Of a stretch of DNA of 64,000 bases, positions 11,068 through 25,300 are shown piece after piece (position 1 is the stretch's first letter; the number at the start of each line of letters is the position of its first letter). The stretch is from NCBI GenBank assembly GCA_043228905.1, contig JBHGNT010000010.1, positions 2,480,001 to 2,544,000 on the forward strand. Direction: 5' to 3'. The notes beneath the pieces are model-generated. The model was not told the DNA's origin and ran no database searches. It saw nothing but the letters and a program-made list of their open reading frames with translations. The position numbers and the translations under genes are program-made. Source of the stretch: Azolla caroliniana (taxonomy: Eukaryota; Plantae; Polypodiophyta).

Positions 11068-14000
11068 ATAATGGTAGGTGGTCTCTAGTTGATTCAATAT
11101 TGACAATAGAAAGTTGGCATTGAATGCGACAAGGACATGGGAATGGTTGAGCTTCGTAAGATGATATAGATGGCAAAAAACATAGTTATCAATGTAGAAG
11201 AATAGAAATGGTGACAAGAAGCATAATGAAAATTGAATTGATTTAGTAATAGGTACAAAAGAGCATAATGGTGCCTATAAAGGCAAGCAATCCATAATAA
11301 TTAGGATCATGGCTTTAATAATGACATTCAAGAAGGATTGGTGCTCTAGTATGATGTTACGATGGGAAGCACTTAACATCAAGTTGATAAACTCTCTCTA
11401 TATTTTTCCTTCCTTTCCTTTGCATTCCTCATCTCTTATATAGAGGAGGTTAAGAGTTGGCAACCATATTGCTCCACATCATTCACATGTGCTATAGTAA
11501 AGTTTTGTGAGCTGCTTTGTAATACCTTCTTACACATCGTTAAGTACTAAAATTTTTACTATCCTTATCATCCTTAATACTTAATAAAATGCTTGATAGT
11601 CTAATACTCAACAACCCCTTTATAAGTATAGGTGGCCAAGTCATACCTATAACCAACACTCCTTGCATGTGGATGGCATATTGATAGCCCCTCTTAGGAC
11701 ACTTTTTGCATGTGGATGAGATATTGATAGAACTTGGGGTCTAGATCTAGCATTTTTTTGCATGACCTAGCATAGGAATCTTTGTACTTGCCTACGAGGT
11801 TGATTATGTCTTTATGCAATATGGAGCAATCTATATGAGGTTTTGATCCTCTATTGTTCCCATGTTGACCTCTTCCAATATCATGGATTGGGCAGATTGA
11901 TACAAATTGATACAATTGTCATACTCTTTCTTTTGTGAGCTCATCAAGGACATGGATTTTATGTTGGGTGTGTTGTCTTAGATGGAGAGTCTAATGGTTT
12001 GGTTAAGCTATCATTGGGTGATCTCAACATTATTGCATTGCGACTTCTAAAGTAGAGATTTCAAATAATTGTATGATTTCTAGGTGATGGCCCAAATACA
12101 TAAGAGTGGACAATGGTGGAGCCAAATAAGAGTCTCTACTATCTAGTTTGTAGAGACCTTCACCTTCATCTTATGGTAGGGGAAAAAAAGAGGGGGTTGG
12201 AATTAGAATCTTCCAATTGTTCTCTATAGTTTAGATAACTATGGGGAGGCTACTTTACTCAACTAAATTGAGCTGAACAATACAATATCACCAAATTACT
12301 TTATCATACACAAAGAGAATTGAGAGAGAAGGCACAATGGGGTTTCCAACAATGCTTAAAATGAAAAATAATCTTACTTTTCTATCTTGTTCATAAAGTT
12401 GTTTTTTTTTTGTACTTAACTTTGCTTAGACCACAACCGGTGGATGAGTGTTGCACCAATTGATCCCTTAATAATGATGATCGATGGAAATATCAAGAGC
12501 TAACTTTACTATTTCCCAAAATGCCCTTTCTTGTACTAGACATGTGCTTTCTATCTTCTATTAATGGATTTTCCTTAGATACTTATTGGACTTAATCTTC
12601 ACCTGCTTCCCCTTGAACTACTAACATGCCATGGAGATTACATGAAGAGTTGCCAAAGAATCTTGGTTACATGGAAGTGGATTAAATTTTGGGGGCATCT
12701 TCTCAAGTCCACACACCAAGACAATGTGCTTTTCATTTTAATGACAACCGAGCAAAGCCATTGGGCATTATTATACAACATATTCACAATTAGAGTTGTT
12801 GATGTTGGGTCACGGCTCACATATTGTGGAAGTTCGGGTAGGACCATCTTAAGCTCTAACCCCAACTTTTGACTATTCATTCAATGGATGACTGGAGTCA
12901 AAACATTTCAACGATGTAAGACACTCTCACGCAGATTCATGTGCATGTACAAAAAGAAAAAAGGTCCAAAATAATGTCAATTTTGATTCTATCATGATTG
13001 TCCATTCGCTCTCCTTTTCAATATCTAAATGTGAATGTGTATGGCGCACTCACGCATTTAATTATTATTCGAGGATGACAATGAGTTGAGTTTTACATAA
13101 GAAAACCAACGTTTTTTTCTATAACTTACTATTGTTATAACGTCTAACATTATGAGATTGTAAACAATGCATCTCGGTTGCATATATTTGCGAGTGTTCT
13201 ATTTAGTTACATAAATTGACATTTATGTTTTAGGGGTATATTTCATAGCAAATACTACATTTTTGTATATAAATCTCCTTAATTGTTTTAGGGGTATCAT
13301 GGACATTCTTAAGAGTATTTCAAGAAATGATGGATAAAACCTCAAAGTAGCTTATACTCCCATGAGAAGTATTTCAAGAAACAAAAACACTAGTATTTAT
13401 ATCTTTGAAAAGAATAACTTCATGAAATGAAAAGCATATTAAAATCAAAGCCATTATTAAAATCATCTAATTTTTTTAATTACATCCAATTCAACCATAA
13501 GTTTTTTTAATTTAATTGTTTTACTTTATTTGATTTACCAATGGTAGTATCGATATCTTAAAAACAACCACGGGGTACATACGATATTAGGCCACTTACA
13601 ATATGTATGTATTGTTTGTATTACTATTTTACTTTTTGTATCGAGGGTAGTAGTGATCTTTCGGAAAGTAACTTGGGTATAGATTATATCAAGCCATCTA
13701 CAATGTCTATTCTACGCATTGCCCCTTAGCCTTTTGTATTCCAGGCAGGATTCATATTTTATTTTATTTTATTTCCAAAAAAAAACTACTTCCATTAGTT
13801 AAGGCAATGTACATAGGATAATATACAACTCATATCTTACATGCCAACTTGCATGTCGAAAAGAAAACAACATGTGTAAATGAAACAACAAAAAAAACTC
13901 CAAAACATCACATCATTCGATGAGCATAGCATTAGTCGACCGCATACCCTCCACGTGAGCCTCATACAACCTGAATTTAGCATAGACATTCTCCACTCTC

Positions 14001-14980
14001 TTCTCATGGCAACACCCATCTATATGTTAGGTACACTCGGAGGGAACAACCATCGTGGTGGTTTATTCCACTTCGCTTTGCCATCCACCATTTGTAGCAT
14101 CGGAGAACCGCCCCATTTTAGAAGGAACCGAGCTTCTAGCTTCTTCACTTGCGTCTGAGGGCGCTTGAAGGCTTTCAAACTCTCCTTGTAACGTGGAAAT
14201 AAGATTAAACGAGATCATCATTAAACTCTCAGCCGATAGGGTTCACTTACCTAAGAAAATATAGGATTCATATTTTTGTGAAAATATAGAGGGGTACAGA
14301 TTATATTAGGCTATATACAAGGTGTATCCTCATATTATCCTTTTACCTTTTGTACCAAGGGTATCAGTGATATATTGTTGTTCTATACTGTTTATATTTT
14401 TGTATTACCCTTTTATTTTCTTTTTACCAAGGGTAGAATTTGTATTTAAGATGCCATGTGCTATACATGATATTAGGACACATAAATGTATAATTTTTTT
14501 TTCCAAAACAACACTACTTCGCATTAGTGTTAGCAAATAGAATACAACAGAGTTTACTCGAATCCACAATGGGATCAACATATACAACTTGGAGGAACAA
14601 CTCCCAAACTATCAAATAAAAACAGCCAAAACTCACCCGACCATTGTACCAAGCCTAGCATTGTATATTTCTAGAAAATACCTAGGGTATGGTAGATATC
14701 ATACCATATAAAATGCGTTTTTTCTAGATTTAGGCGTCCAATGTTACAAACATTCATTGTGTATACATGAAGGAAAATTATTAGATTTTTGTAGTATTAA
14801 ACATGGATAAAACAAAAGATATACTCTGAGATAGTCATATGTTAAATAAAAAAACAAATGAGTCAATTGAACACATCAATGTGTGTCTGTGCGTGGCTGT
14901 GGGTGTCCTTTTTCCTCAGAAAATGGTTTTCCACAACAAAATGGTATGATTCATATTGTCGTTAGTGCTTCATTCAATAG

Positions 14981-15018
<38 letters not shown>

Positions 15019-15486
15019 CAGTGTCTACGAGTCTAAATAAATTACAATTACTTGTTTGGAGTCTAAAAGGCATGATTGAGTTCATGTAAAGAATATACCA
15101 ACCAAGAGATTATATGAAATGAAAAAAAATGAATACTAAGTTAGGAGATCAAAGTTGTATGACAATTATGATCACGAGGAGTTAGAAACAAACTTTCCCA
15201 TGAGTTGGTCGATAATATCATTAAGTAGATAAACAAGGCGAAATTTTCGCATGGCTTGCCTCTTAGCTCAATTGGTGTCTCCAAAAGGGGTAAAAAAATC
15301 ATTAGCTTAACATATTCCTTTATTTGACTATGCAGTTGTGCTTGAGAGGAATGAAAAGAAATTAACAATAAAGTCAAGTAATTGAGAAAGGAGACAAATC
15401 ATTCTAGGAAGGAGATATAGATAACTTGGAAGATAAAACCGACAAATATTAAAAACCATTAGTAAAGCAGAGGTTTCTAATGAGAT

Positions 15487-15541
<55 letters not shown>

Positions 15542-16227
15542 ATGGAGTATGGCCACCCACTAATGACACTTCATGGGTAGTGGAACATGTTGAATTGCCA
15601 ATAGGCAAGACGAACACTCCACTGAGGAAAGAATTTCCACTTGCTCCAATAAAGAAAATTGCCACATTAGTACTCCCTTCAACTTTCATAGATTTGCTTT
15701 CACTCCATGTCTACCATCGAATACAAAAGCGTTGCACATGTTCCAATTATGACGCAATCCCCAATATCTCAGAAATAGGAAAACAATCTCAATCTCAAAT
15801 TTTGGGTCAACTTGTGTAAATTGTGCAAACAGCCATGTCTAGGTGTCAAATAACACCGTGATAAATTTTGTCAAATTTGAGAAATGTAACTCAAAATCTG
15901 ACAAGCAATCGGACATTGTATAAATCGATGAGTACTATCTTCCATTTGAACAATGCAAAAGAAACAATACCCATTGCTAGTCCACGACGCTTTAGAGCTA
16001 ATCCCAAAGGCAATCGTCCAATCAAAACTCTCCAAATGAAGACCTTTGCTACAAGTGGCAATTTAGAATGCTAACTACGTTGTAGGATCTGCCACCACCC
16101 ATGATCAGATTTGTGTATTTTCCATTCTTCTTCGGCCTTAGATGATACATCCAAGGAACTCAATAGAGTAATGATACAAAAGATTAGTAGTATTTTTCAC
16201 ACATTATTAATATAATTGTGTGTTTTC

Positions 16228-16278
<51 letters not shown>

Positions 16279-16642
16279 GTGTAATGATATATAATGTCCT
16301 CTACCATAGTGGTATGTGCTTAATGGATAAATAAATCCATTATAAAACATGATCAATAGAATGAACACTCACCATTGAGCTAGATCTTGAACTTATAAAG
16401 TTAATCTGAATTGTTCTAAAGTCCGACTTTTTAACGATGGATTATGTAAACCATGATGGATAAATAAACTTCAGCTATGTTTACAAAACCAATCTTTATA
16501 CCTTTAGGATGTATTAAAGTATTCATTAATCACATTACAATAGCAAATATTCCTCATGGATTCTTTTCTAAACATTTGCCACACGTGACAATCATTTTTT
16601 CCAAGGAGATATCTAGGGAATATATATTTCCTTCCCAAGAAA

Positions 16643-16694
<52 letters not shown>

Positions 16695-19600
16695 AATGAG
16701 AACGAATGAGTCAATAAATTCTTAGCATTACTCTATGGAAATCTGAAAAATAAAGGAAAATAGAACTCTCATGTTCTTAGCATTAGAAAACAACAAGAAA
16801 TCACTAAGGCTCCCCTATTGGTAGGTCGAGAAAAAACTATTGCAAATGAATTTGATAATGAGAATGTCGAGGATCTAAAACATGAAATTCATTAGGATAA
16901 CTATATTATGAGAATATACGCATAGCAATAGTTGAATAACTATGAAGTTTAAGTGTCTATAATGTTCAAGATTGGAAATCTATGGTTGGATACTCTGAAC
17001 CTCGACCTTAGCATTACAGTTTATTTATTAACACAATTCAATTGTTACCATCTCAATGAATCATGCCTATATAAAGAAATAATATTTGTCATTAACAAAA
17101 TATGATAGATGGCATGCTATATAAGCTACCCCCAATGGCAATATTCACAAGGAGTATAGTAACAAGAGAGTGAGACAGAGTCGTGAGTGAGTGATTGAGT
17201 GAGTGACAAGTGTGTAGAATGGGGCTTGTAAGAGCACATGTAGTGTGTGTGGTGGTTGCCATGTGTATGTTATTATACGTTGTTAATGGTGATCATGTTA
17301 TTAAAGGTTAGTACTATGATAGCGAAGAAATACTTTTGACTTAAAGAACAAATAATACCATGAGTTTTAAGCCAATATTGTCCTCCTTTTTGCTCACTAG
17401 CCATGTTGTGCATGTGTTGCAGAAGCTTCAATGAAGAAGATAAGTTCACGCTTCCTCCTTGATGTCCGCTCTTTAGAATTCATGGTAAATCCAAGTTAAT
17501 CATAGCAATTCATATCTCCTCCATTGGATTACCTTTAAATATACTTGAGGCAGCTCGATCGTTATTCAAATTTATGACATATATCTCCTATTAATATGCC
17601 ACTCCTTTTGAAAAAGTAAGACGATTAAGTTCTAAATCGAATATATATCTTCATCAGTCTTCGTAAACAATACCATGAAGCTAAATATATGATATTGAAG
17701 TAAAGTTTGTTTTGTAAAACAAATATTCATGTCCATATATATACTTGCATATATGAATCACTTCAACTATTTGAGGATGGAATTGCTTCTCTATGATATG
17801 AAAACTCATGAGAGTGCTCTTTGCTAAAACATTGTGATGATTTTGCAATAACAGTTTACCATTTATTGCAAAACAATTTGATTGTAATTGATCTTGTCTA
17901 GGAAGGAAAAAATGATGTGGTGGATAAAGGAGATACATCGTTTCCGGAACATGTGCATTTCCATCTTGATTATCAAGGTATAAGGACACATTCTCCAAAC
18001 AATCCACAGGATCAAATTGTAAAGCATGTGTCAACATGTGATCCTTAATTGAGAAGGAAAATTTGTGTATTTTATCCAAACTATCATGATTTCAAAAATC
18101 TCATTAGATGGACGCATAAACCAAATAATATGAGCATGGACTTAAATGTGTCTTGAAAACTTAACATAAACCAAAAAGGGTTTTGTGTATTATGTTTAAT
18201 CATAACCTTGTGTGGTTGAAGGTTGCAAATATGGGTACAAAAAGTATATGGTGCAACATTGTATATAATTTTTGAGTGAATTTAAGATATTTTTCTGCAT
18301 GTTTCTAACAGAACATCTTCACACATATGACCATGTCCATGTACACATTCAATTGAAGTTTTTGTAATTTCACATGTGATAAATGTTCATGGCATGAAAA
18401 CTATGTCATGATCAATACATGATACATGGGTTTGCATTACAACAACAAGAATACAAGTATGGTTTTTCGTGTTAAAGTTCACATTTTTACCAATGCAATA
18501 ATTACCTTAGGCAATTACTAGAAAGAGATCAATGTCACCAAGTTAACCTAGTTGTGTGAGAAAAATAAGTTGTCACAACTTTGATAACTTGGAAAGTTTA
18601 GGTACTAATCAAGAAGTCATCTTATTAGTAAGCTTGTGTCACATTCAAGAACGAAGCCAATGGTATTACCTTTTACTACCCATGTAATTAATCCAACCAC
18701 AAATATTACACTTCTCTTTTGCTTGTTAATAAACATTGTAAAAAAGGGGGGGCATATTAGAGTGTGAACAACGATTGGAATGTCATGGATTGTATCCAAA
18801 TCAATAATGAATATTTGATGGATAGCACATTTTGTTCGTGTGCAACAATATGAACCTATCTATACCATGAAAAAAGAACTACGAAAAACATATGAAATGT
18901 GGCTATTACTACAAGAGATGTTACATACTTTGTTCCCAAGACATAGTTCATGTGAAACAAATTGTTCATAGATTCACCAAATTGAGAACATTTAAGAAAC
19001 TATAAAACCACTTCTAAAATATTGCAATACAACACTTTCCCCAAACAATTGGCCAAATAAATTATTATGAATATTAAAGTAACAAGACATTGCATGTTAA
19101 CACACAATGTGCAAGCACTGACCCTATAAATACATCATAAACTAGAATCCATACGTCCTTATCAATATGTTAAAAAAGTTATTGATATCGATAAGGTCAT
19201 GTATTGAAAATCTTATTATCTTAGTGCTAAAGTGTGTTTTATTTATCACCTTGATGTTTTGATTAACTCTCAAACAATGGGGATTGTGTTCCATGACAAA
19301 ATTAACCTTAATATTTTTAGTTTGAGATGATGTACACTTGTCATTTGATCTTAAGAATGACATTGCTTATCATACTTAACCAAGAGTTCGAAATGCCAAT
19401 GCTAACAATATCAGAGACAACAACGTGTCATTCAAGGGTTTTTAGAATGGGGAGGTGAAATTCAATTATATAAATCATACAGAACATAACATCCCCCGTA
19501 TCCCCCACCTAAATGTCACTAAGAATACAAGTAATATTTTAGAATTGCATAATTCCTAAGTAACTTCGATATGGATCACAATAAGACATAGTAAATCACA

Positions 19601-20499
19601 TGGATTAAATCCCATTTAATAGCCTTTAATCATCAAGGGCTCCACAAGCCATAGTGTTGTTTGTCATCAAGAGCCCATGATAACATATGTCAAACACACA
19701 ATCATATGATGAGGTGCCTTGGAATATATTCTATTTACATTATTATAACACAACCTACATGGGGCTATAGTAAAAAAAACACATCCCTCAAGCCTTTGAA
19801 GTTTGACATTCATTTACAAACCTTAGGCAAAGCAGAAATGAGTTTAATAATAATGAATAACATCTGTAAAATTAACGAATATTCAGTACACATTATGAAA
19901 TGTGGCCACATGGTCACTCATAGTTTTGGTGCACCAAATGCCAACACCTTTTCCAAAGGACTCTTGAGCAATTCATCTAGAGTCATGCCAATTAGTTGAA
20001 GCACTCACATCAAGCACTTGGCCCCTCGTAGTCACTAGAGGCTTGCGCAAGTGAAGTATATAAATACCAACAAAGAGTGCACAAGAAAGAAGAAAAAAGT
20101 GAATTGGTTTGAAGACGATGGAGTTTTTAAGATAGAGTGAGGACCAATTGTGAAGGCTTATGGCTTGATGTAATAAATATCAAAGAAACTAATGTATTAT
20201 TAGAAAATCGAAGAAACTACTATGGATACTCTAGTGAAAATAGAATAGTAGAACATCTTTAAAGGCTTGAACAAGCAAAATATATTATTAGTGTACAAAA
20301 TATTGCAATCACTAGAGGCTTGAACAAGCAAAATATATAAAGACCAATGAAGAATGCACAAGAGAGAAGAAAAAAGAGGGTATAATGCATAATAGAATTT
20401 GCTCTAAGAAGATGGAGTGCTTAAGAGAGATTGTGGACTAATTGTGAAGCCTTGTGGCTTGATGTAATAAATATCATTGTTGAATATTGTAGAAAATAG

Positions 20500-21150
20500 A
20501 AGAAACATCTAACTATGTGGCAATGTGGCAACCTTAGCTCTCCTAATTGTTTGTGTTGCGTGCCCAAACACAACAGAATCAATCCAACACGCTTTGTGGG
20601 ATTGCCCAGAGACCCACCAAATATGGGGGGTTGGTAGCTTATTGCAATTTTGCTAGGTGCAAGGCACAATCAAGTGGGGAAATGTATGTTGGTTATCATG
20701 GCAGACCCCAATTGACAGACCTACGAACATCAGGAGGGGATGACTTTAGTGATAACAACACAAGGGTTTTTTTTCCCACTGTCGGCAATATCCACACAAC
20801 TCCTATAAATGCCAAATCTCAAGTTCTGTTGGAATTGGTCAACCCAATAATTATTTGGATTCTATGGAAACAACGATGTAGACGGGCCCTTCTCCAACCA
20901 AACCTCACATCTAGTAACGTTAATGCAAGTGATATGGAGTGAAGTTGTAGCCACTCTAAAGAGCCAATATGATACAATCTCAATGGTGGATCCGATGGAG
21001 TTGAAAGACAACGACTACCCTTCATCCAACAATGGTCATCCTCTCCCTTTCTTGAGTCAATGAGCATCCACATAATATGGAACTATCACCTCCCTACAAG
21101 GATTTGTATATAACACTCTCATTTGTAAAATTTTATAACTAATGGAATAA
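20500..21150 (+). mobile_element. Degenerate L1-type LINE 3' remnant
   Basis: ELVNPIIIWILWKQRC resembles the W.IW..RN/C motif at the C-terminus of plant L1 ORF2. Confidence 0.4.
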
Positions 21151-22021
21151 GTATTTTTGTACAATATTGTTGGTAGAACATCAAAACGCTATTACAACAT
21201 AAGGTTAAATATAATGAGAACTCTAACACATGGGCTCCTAAGAGAGCCGATACAAATACAACGTAAAGTAGGAGTAACATTAGAATGCAATCTAAGGTTC
21301 ATTTATAGCAATAGCCAATAGGTTTCCAAACCCATCGACGTCGATGTGTGGCATGTGTGAATGAAGGAAAGTGACATCAATGGATATGCCTAGCAAAGTG
21401 AAACATGGATAAATTAGATTGATTGATCTACATGGGTGTAGTGAGGAATGGTCGTTGTAATGTTGCAAGGCAAAAGATAAATGGCCCCAATCATTAGACA
21501 AAACTTAAGAGTCTATTGTTATAATTAAGTAGGATACAAATAAAGCGGAAGTGGATGTTGTAAGGATGAAGACCCTCATGTTAGGGGCACAACCTTACGA
21601 ACCAATTCTATAGCTATTTTTAATGGGTTAAGGATAGGAGAGTCGGGAAACTAGTTAGCCTAGGAACAATATGACATGTGGAACACAAAGTGGCGGGGAA
21701 GCCTCAAGTGTTGAGCTATATAAAGGCAATTAGTTACATATTTCATTATAGTGTCATGAGACACTACTATGACTCTATTGATGACGGTAAGCTCTCTTTT
21801 TTGGATCACTTATTTTGATAACCAAGGTATATTAACATAAGGTAATATTGATAATATTTTTATATGTTTGTCTCATGTTATTCGCTCAAGAGTGATGGTG
21901 GGGTTAAGTGCCCTCAATTAATTAAAATTAGCTATAGATTTGGTCTATAAGGTTATGCCTATAATACCTAGTAAGCATCGGATGGATTCTGTGCAGTGGA
22001 AGAACTGTGTGTGTGTGTGTG

Positions 22022-22078
<57 letters not shown>

Positions 22079-22352
22079 GTATTAACAAGGAAAACAAGAA
22101 TAGCCAACACTTACAAAGAGAAGGAGAAGGTGCTTATGTGGTCACCTTCTGTCTAAGTTCTCTTACTAGTACCGCCTCTTGGGAAAGAGGTCATGTATTA
22201 ACTACCTAAAGAATATGTGTCATACAAGTTAATGTTCTATGACATTCTAGTTACTATACAAGGAGGTGGGGCGTTCACACAATTGAGTATCCTAAAGTAA
22301 GTTGAGTTTGATTCTCAACAATACCTCCTCATACCAATAGATGTGTAGGTTT

Positions 22353-25300
22353 TGACGGAAACTCAAGGCTCACAAATGCGCAATGCTCGGCCACAACCGA
22401 GCTTAGAATGATACACAGAAAAACGGGAAATAAAACACGACACAAAGAAGAGGAAAATACACAGGAGGTTTACGTGGAAAACCCCAAACTAGGGGAAAAA
22501 CCATGGCAGCCCACAGGCTGCAAACTGTCACTATATAAGAATGTACAAAACAGTGAGTTCACGGAGGCAACGACCTCGGACTCACGATCTTCGCCATAGG
22601 CGGCGGTTACAACAGAGGCAACGACCTCGTTCTCTCTGTCTCTCTACACCTGTACACTGTTACACACTCTCTCTTCTTGCACCAACAAGAAAATAACCAC
22701 AACTAAAAGTTTGCCCTAAGTCATATTTATACTAATATGACTTTTCGGCTATTTACAAATATAGCCTCGATGGACTCTCAGAAACATATTTACAAATATG
22801 TCTCTTCATCTGGTTCATACCGGGTCTGCACCATCCGGCTCTCCGTAGCCGGGTCCACCTCATACGGTTTCGGCCTCGATCGAGTTTGTTCATCGGCATT
22901 GTTCTTCTCCCTTCCCATCCGGAGGGACCTGTCTCCCAACAAACTCCCCCTTCACTCCGGCATGGGGTGTCTTACCAGTTCGATTCTCTTCCGGCATGCA
23001 TCCAGCTTGTCGGGTATCAACACTTTGGTCAACATATCTGACCCGTTCTCGGCTGTGTGGATCTTCATTAGCGCGAACTCCTGGTCATCTACTCTTTCCC
23101 GGATCCAGTGATATCTTCGCTGGATATGCTTCGTCCGAGAATGGTAGGCCGCATTCTTAGCAAGGTGGATGGCACTTTGACTGTCGCAATAGAGTCGGTA
23201 TTCCTCTTGCCGGATACCGAGCTCTCCGATGAAGTCCTTCATCCATAATATTTCCTTGCCGGCTTCCACAGCTGCCATGTACTCCGCCTCCGTGGTTGAC
23301 AATGCAACCGTCTTCTGCAGCCTCGACTGCCACGAAACAGCTCCCCCTGCATATGTCATTACATACCCGGATGTAGACCGGCTGGTATCCACATCAGCCG
23401 ACATATCCGAATCGGTGAAACCGTCCAGTTGAGGTTTTCCAGAGCCGAATCGGAGACACATATTTGAAGTGCCCTTCAAATACCGGAGTATCCATTTGAC
23501 CGCGTTCCAGTGCTCCTTGCCGGGATTACTCATGAACCGGCTCACCACTCCGACTGCGTATCCTATATCCGGTCGAGTACAAACCATTGCGTACACGGCA
23601 GAGGCATATGGAATCTTCATCATATCTGCCTTCTCTGCTTTCGTCTTCGGGCTTTGCTTGCCGGATAGCCTGCAGTTTGCCGGAAGTGTCGATCCGACCG
23701 GTTTCGCTTCTGACATGTTGAACCGGTGAAGCACCTTTGTCACATACTTCTCCTGTGACAGCCATAATTGCTTCGCTGACCGGTTCCGGATGATGTGCAT
23801 CCCCAACATCTGTCTTGCCGGACCCAAGTCTTTCATTGAGAAGGTTCGGTTGAGAGCCTTCTTCAGCATCCATATTTTGACTTGGTCATGTCCGACGATC
23901 AACATGTCATCCACGTACAGAAGGAGTATTAGGAAGTCGCCTCCTTCGAACTTCTTCACAAACACACAGTGATCGGCTTGTGTCTTGTGGTACCCTTGAT
24001 TGGTCATGAAGGAGTCGAAATTCTGGTACCATTGCCGGGGGGCCTGCTTCAACCCGTAGAGACTCTTCTTCAACCGGCATACCAGGTGCTCCTTCCCTTT
24101 CTCCACAAATCCATCCGGTTGCTGCATGTAGATCTCCTCTTCGAGGTCACCGTGAAGAAATGCCGTCTTCACGTCGAGTTGCTCTACCTCAAGGTTCATG
24201 CTTGCCGCTATACTCAGCACCGTCCGGATGGAGGTCATCTTTACTACCGGGCCAAATATCTCGTCGAAGTCCACGCCCTTCTTCTGCTGGAACCCCTTCA
24301 CCACGATCCTGGCTTTGTATCTCGGGGGTTTGCCGGCATCTCCCGGTTTCAACTTGTACACCCACTTGTTTCGGAGTGCCCGCTTTCCTTTCGGCAGCTC
24401 CACCAATTCGTACGTATGGTTCTCATGCAGGGAATCCATCTCGTCCTGCATGACACTTAACCATTTTCGGCTGTGGGTGTCATCCACCGCTTCTTTGAAG
24501 CTTTCCGGCTCCCCCTCATCGGTCAGTAGAACATGCTCTGCATCCGGAAATCTCCGAGGGGCCCTTCTCTCTCTGAGAGGATATCTCCGTCTTTGGGCTT
24601 CGGTAGCTGGCTCCTCCATTTGCTCTTCATCCGAATCCGATTCGGGGTCTTGGCCGGTTCCGGTCTCAGCTTCCTCTACTTCTTCTTTTGCCGGTTCGGT
24701 ATCCTCACCGTAACCGGCTGGTTCCTCGAGTGCTAACCGGTCTCTTGCTGTTGGGTCTGCTCATCGTAGAGTCTATCCTTACCGGTCGACTCGGAGTTCA
24801 TTATCTTCTTCTCCGACTCCCAGTCGGCGAGCGTCTTGTTCTCCATGAAGATAATATCTCGACTCCGGAATACCTTCTTGTCGACCAGGTCCCACACTTG
24901 GTAGCCGAACTCATCGTCACCGTAACCGAGGAATATGCATGGCCGGGTCTTTGGATCTAACTTTCCTCTCCGGTCCTTTGCTACATACACGTACACGAGA
25001 CACCCGAACACCTTCAGATGCCGGTAGGACACGTCCTTACCGGTCCACACTCTCTATGGCGTGTCTCCGTCCAAGGGTACTGAGGGTGATCTATTTATCA
25101 CGTATGTCGCCGTCGACAATGCCTCAGCCCAAAACTTCTTGGGTAGTTTTGCATGCGCTAACATACTCCGGACCCTCTCCATTATGGTCCGGTTCATCCT
25201 CTCGGGCAGCCCGTTTAGTTCTGGTGTCTTCGGCACGGTAAATTCGAGCCGGATTCCCTTCGAGCGGCAGTACTCCTCGAACTACCCCTGGTATTCTCCT

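Noticed and set aside
17560-20000. Protein-like fragments suggesting a decayed gene or Helitron
   Set aside because: No diagnostic motif recognisable by eye; needs a translated search
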